The notes under the pieces: generated by a model
What the model saw: only the letters and a program-made list of their open reading frames with translations
Told to the model about the DNA's origin: nothing
Database searches by the model: none
NCBI RefSeq assembly: GCF_006345805.1
Contig: NC_042997.1
Coordinates: forward strand, 57,102,001 to 57,166,000
DNA length: 64,000 bases
Reading direction: 5' to 3'
Origin: Octopus sinensis
Taxonomy: Eukaryota
Position numbers and translations under genes: made by a program
Part shown: positions 62,963 to 64,000 of the stretch, piece by piece
How the letters are laid out: the number at the start of each line of letters is the position of its first letter
How positions within the stretch are numbered: the stretch's first letter is position 1

Positions 62963-64000
62963 TGCACACATCATATATATGCATACACACATATATGGGG
63001 GAAGAGAGGAGGAGAGAGAAAGAGTGCATGTGTGTGAGAGGAAATTAGTGAGAAATAGAAACAGACTTACATGAAAATTTACAATGATTTATGTGCTGAG
63101 GTTAACATTTTATCACTAATAGAGAAAGTTTTTGAACTGTCAACATGATCTATTTTGTAATATATTCATTAATATCTATATTCCAGACAAGTTTATTTAT
63201 TACCATCATCAGGCACAACATTCATTACATTTATATATGTTTATACACGTATTAACAATGGATTTGACTTTATAAAACTCTACTTCATGTAATGATCTCC
63301 ACGATGCAAGCATAGATCAACCCATGTTATTCAAGTCTGAAAAGGATAGTTGAGAAGGTTGTGGCATAGTGGATAAGATCATTGGAATCTCAGATGAAAA
63401 AATGATATCAAGTTGACACCTGTACACAGATAAGAAAAGCATGCCTCTCCACCACCTTCCTGATGAATATACATCAACTTACTCAAAGTAGAATGATTTA
63501 CCAATACCTAACAAACTTGAAGTGAATGTTAGTGAGAAAACTTTCTCCAAAAGAAAAAAATCTATATTCTCAATATTTCAATTGTCATTGTGTTTAGCCC
63601 CGAGTCTGCTAATACTATTAAATAAGATCCAGCTTAGACCATTTCATCTTTAGATGTTGTAAAAGATATATGCAAAATGTTCTTCCTTTTTTTCTTTTTA
63701 AAACAGTAAGGTGTGATTTGAAGATTTTGCTGCTATTTCTAGGAAGTTGAGACTACCTTGGTTGGCTTTTGTACAAATATTTCAATTTATTAAGGTAGAC
63801 ATTGTGTGACAAGAAGAAAACCTTCTCTAAGCAGAGTCTAAATGCATTTTCTCTTTCCAGCTGAAACCATTTCAGTTAAGACACTAATTACCCAGGAAGT
63901 CTTTGAATCCAATATAACCCAATATCAAACAAACAAACCAATACTTCAAGAGACTGATGTCCAGTTTTGTTAAAGCTTTTAGTGCATTGATTCAACTAAA

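Noticed and set aside
62106-64000. Upstream NCS exons (myristoylation MG start, ~25-nt micro-exon ending in TG)
   Set aside because: I found no candidate with both splice sites and a matching peptide; they are probably outside the window, though a micro-exon could be missed by eye.

Overview
AT-rich, repeat-dense eukaryotic DNA, not prokaryotic: I see no operons, rRNA, tRNA genes or CRISPR. The SINE/LINE families look like those of an octopus (cephalopod) genome, which is an inference from repeat sequences. The only host gene I can support is a minus-strand, intron-rich neuronal calcium sensor (NCS-1/frequenin family). Five coding exons (62105-62057, 56392-56303, 46062-45984, 35710-35544, 25109-25011) splice with GT-AG sites and consistent phases into EF1-EF4 and the stop codon; the N-terminal exons probably lie beyond 64000. 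None of these exons is in the ORF track, and nearly all listed ORFs are spurious or transposon-derived. The rest is mobile DNA: RTE LINEs (one young 3' copy whose reverse transcriptase carries an inserted PHD-type zinc finger, plus three older copies), many short elements sharing that LINE's 3' tail, tRNA-derived SINEs, a full-length decayed piggyBac with TTAA sites, piggyBac-type and hAT MITEs, an internally deleted mariner, a non-autonomous Helitron, Gypsy relics and a CR1/L2-type LINE. Most worth follow-up: the PHD-in-RT LINE and its shared tail, inverted repeat pairs bracketing NCS exons, a bounded strand-skew domain in one intron, a direct-repeat cassette around an orphan coding-like fragment, and three nearly equal ~10.3 kb introns. 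Repeat boundaries without a target-site duplication (TSD) or terminal inverted repeat (TIR) are approximate.
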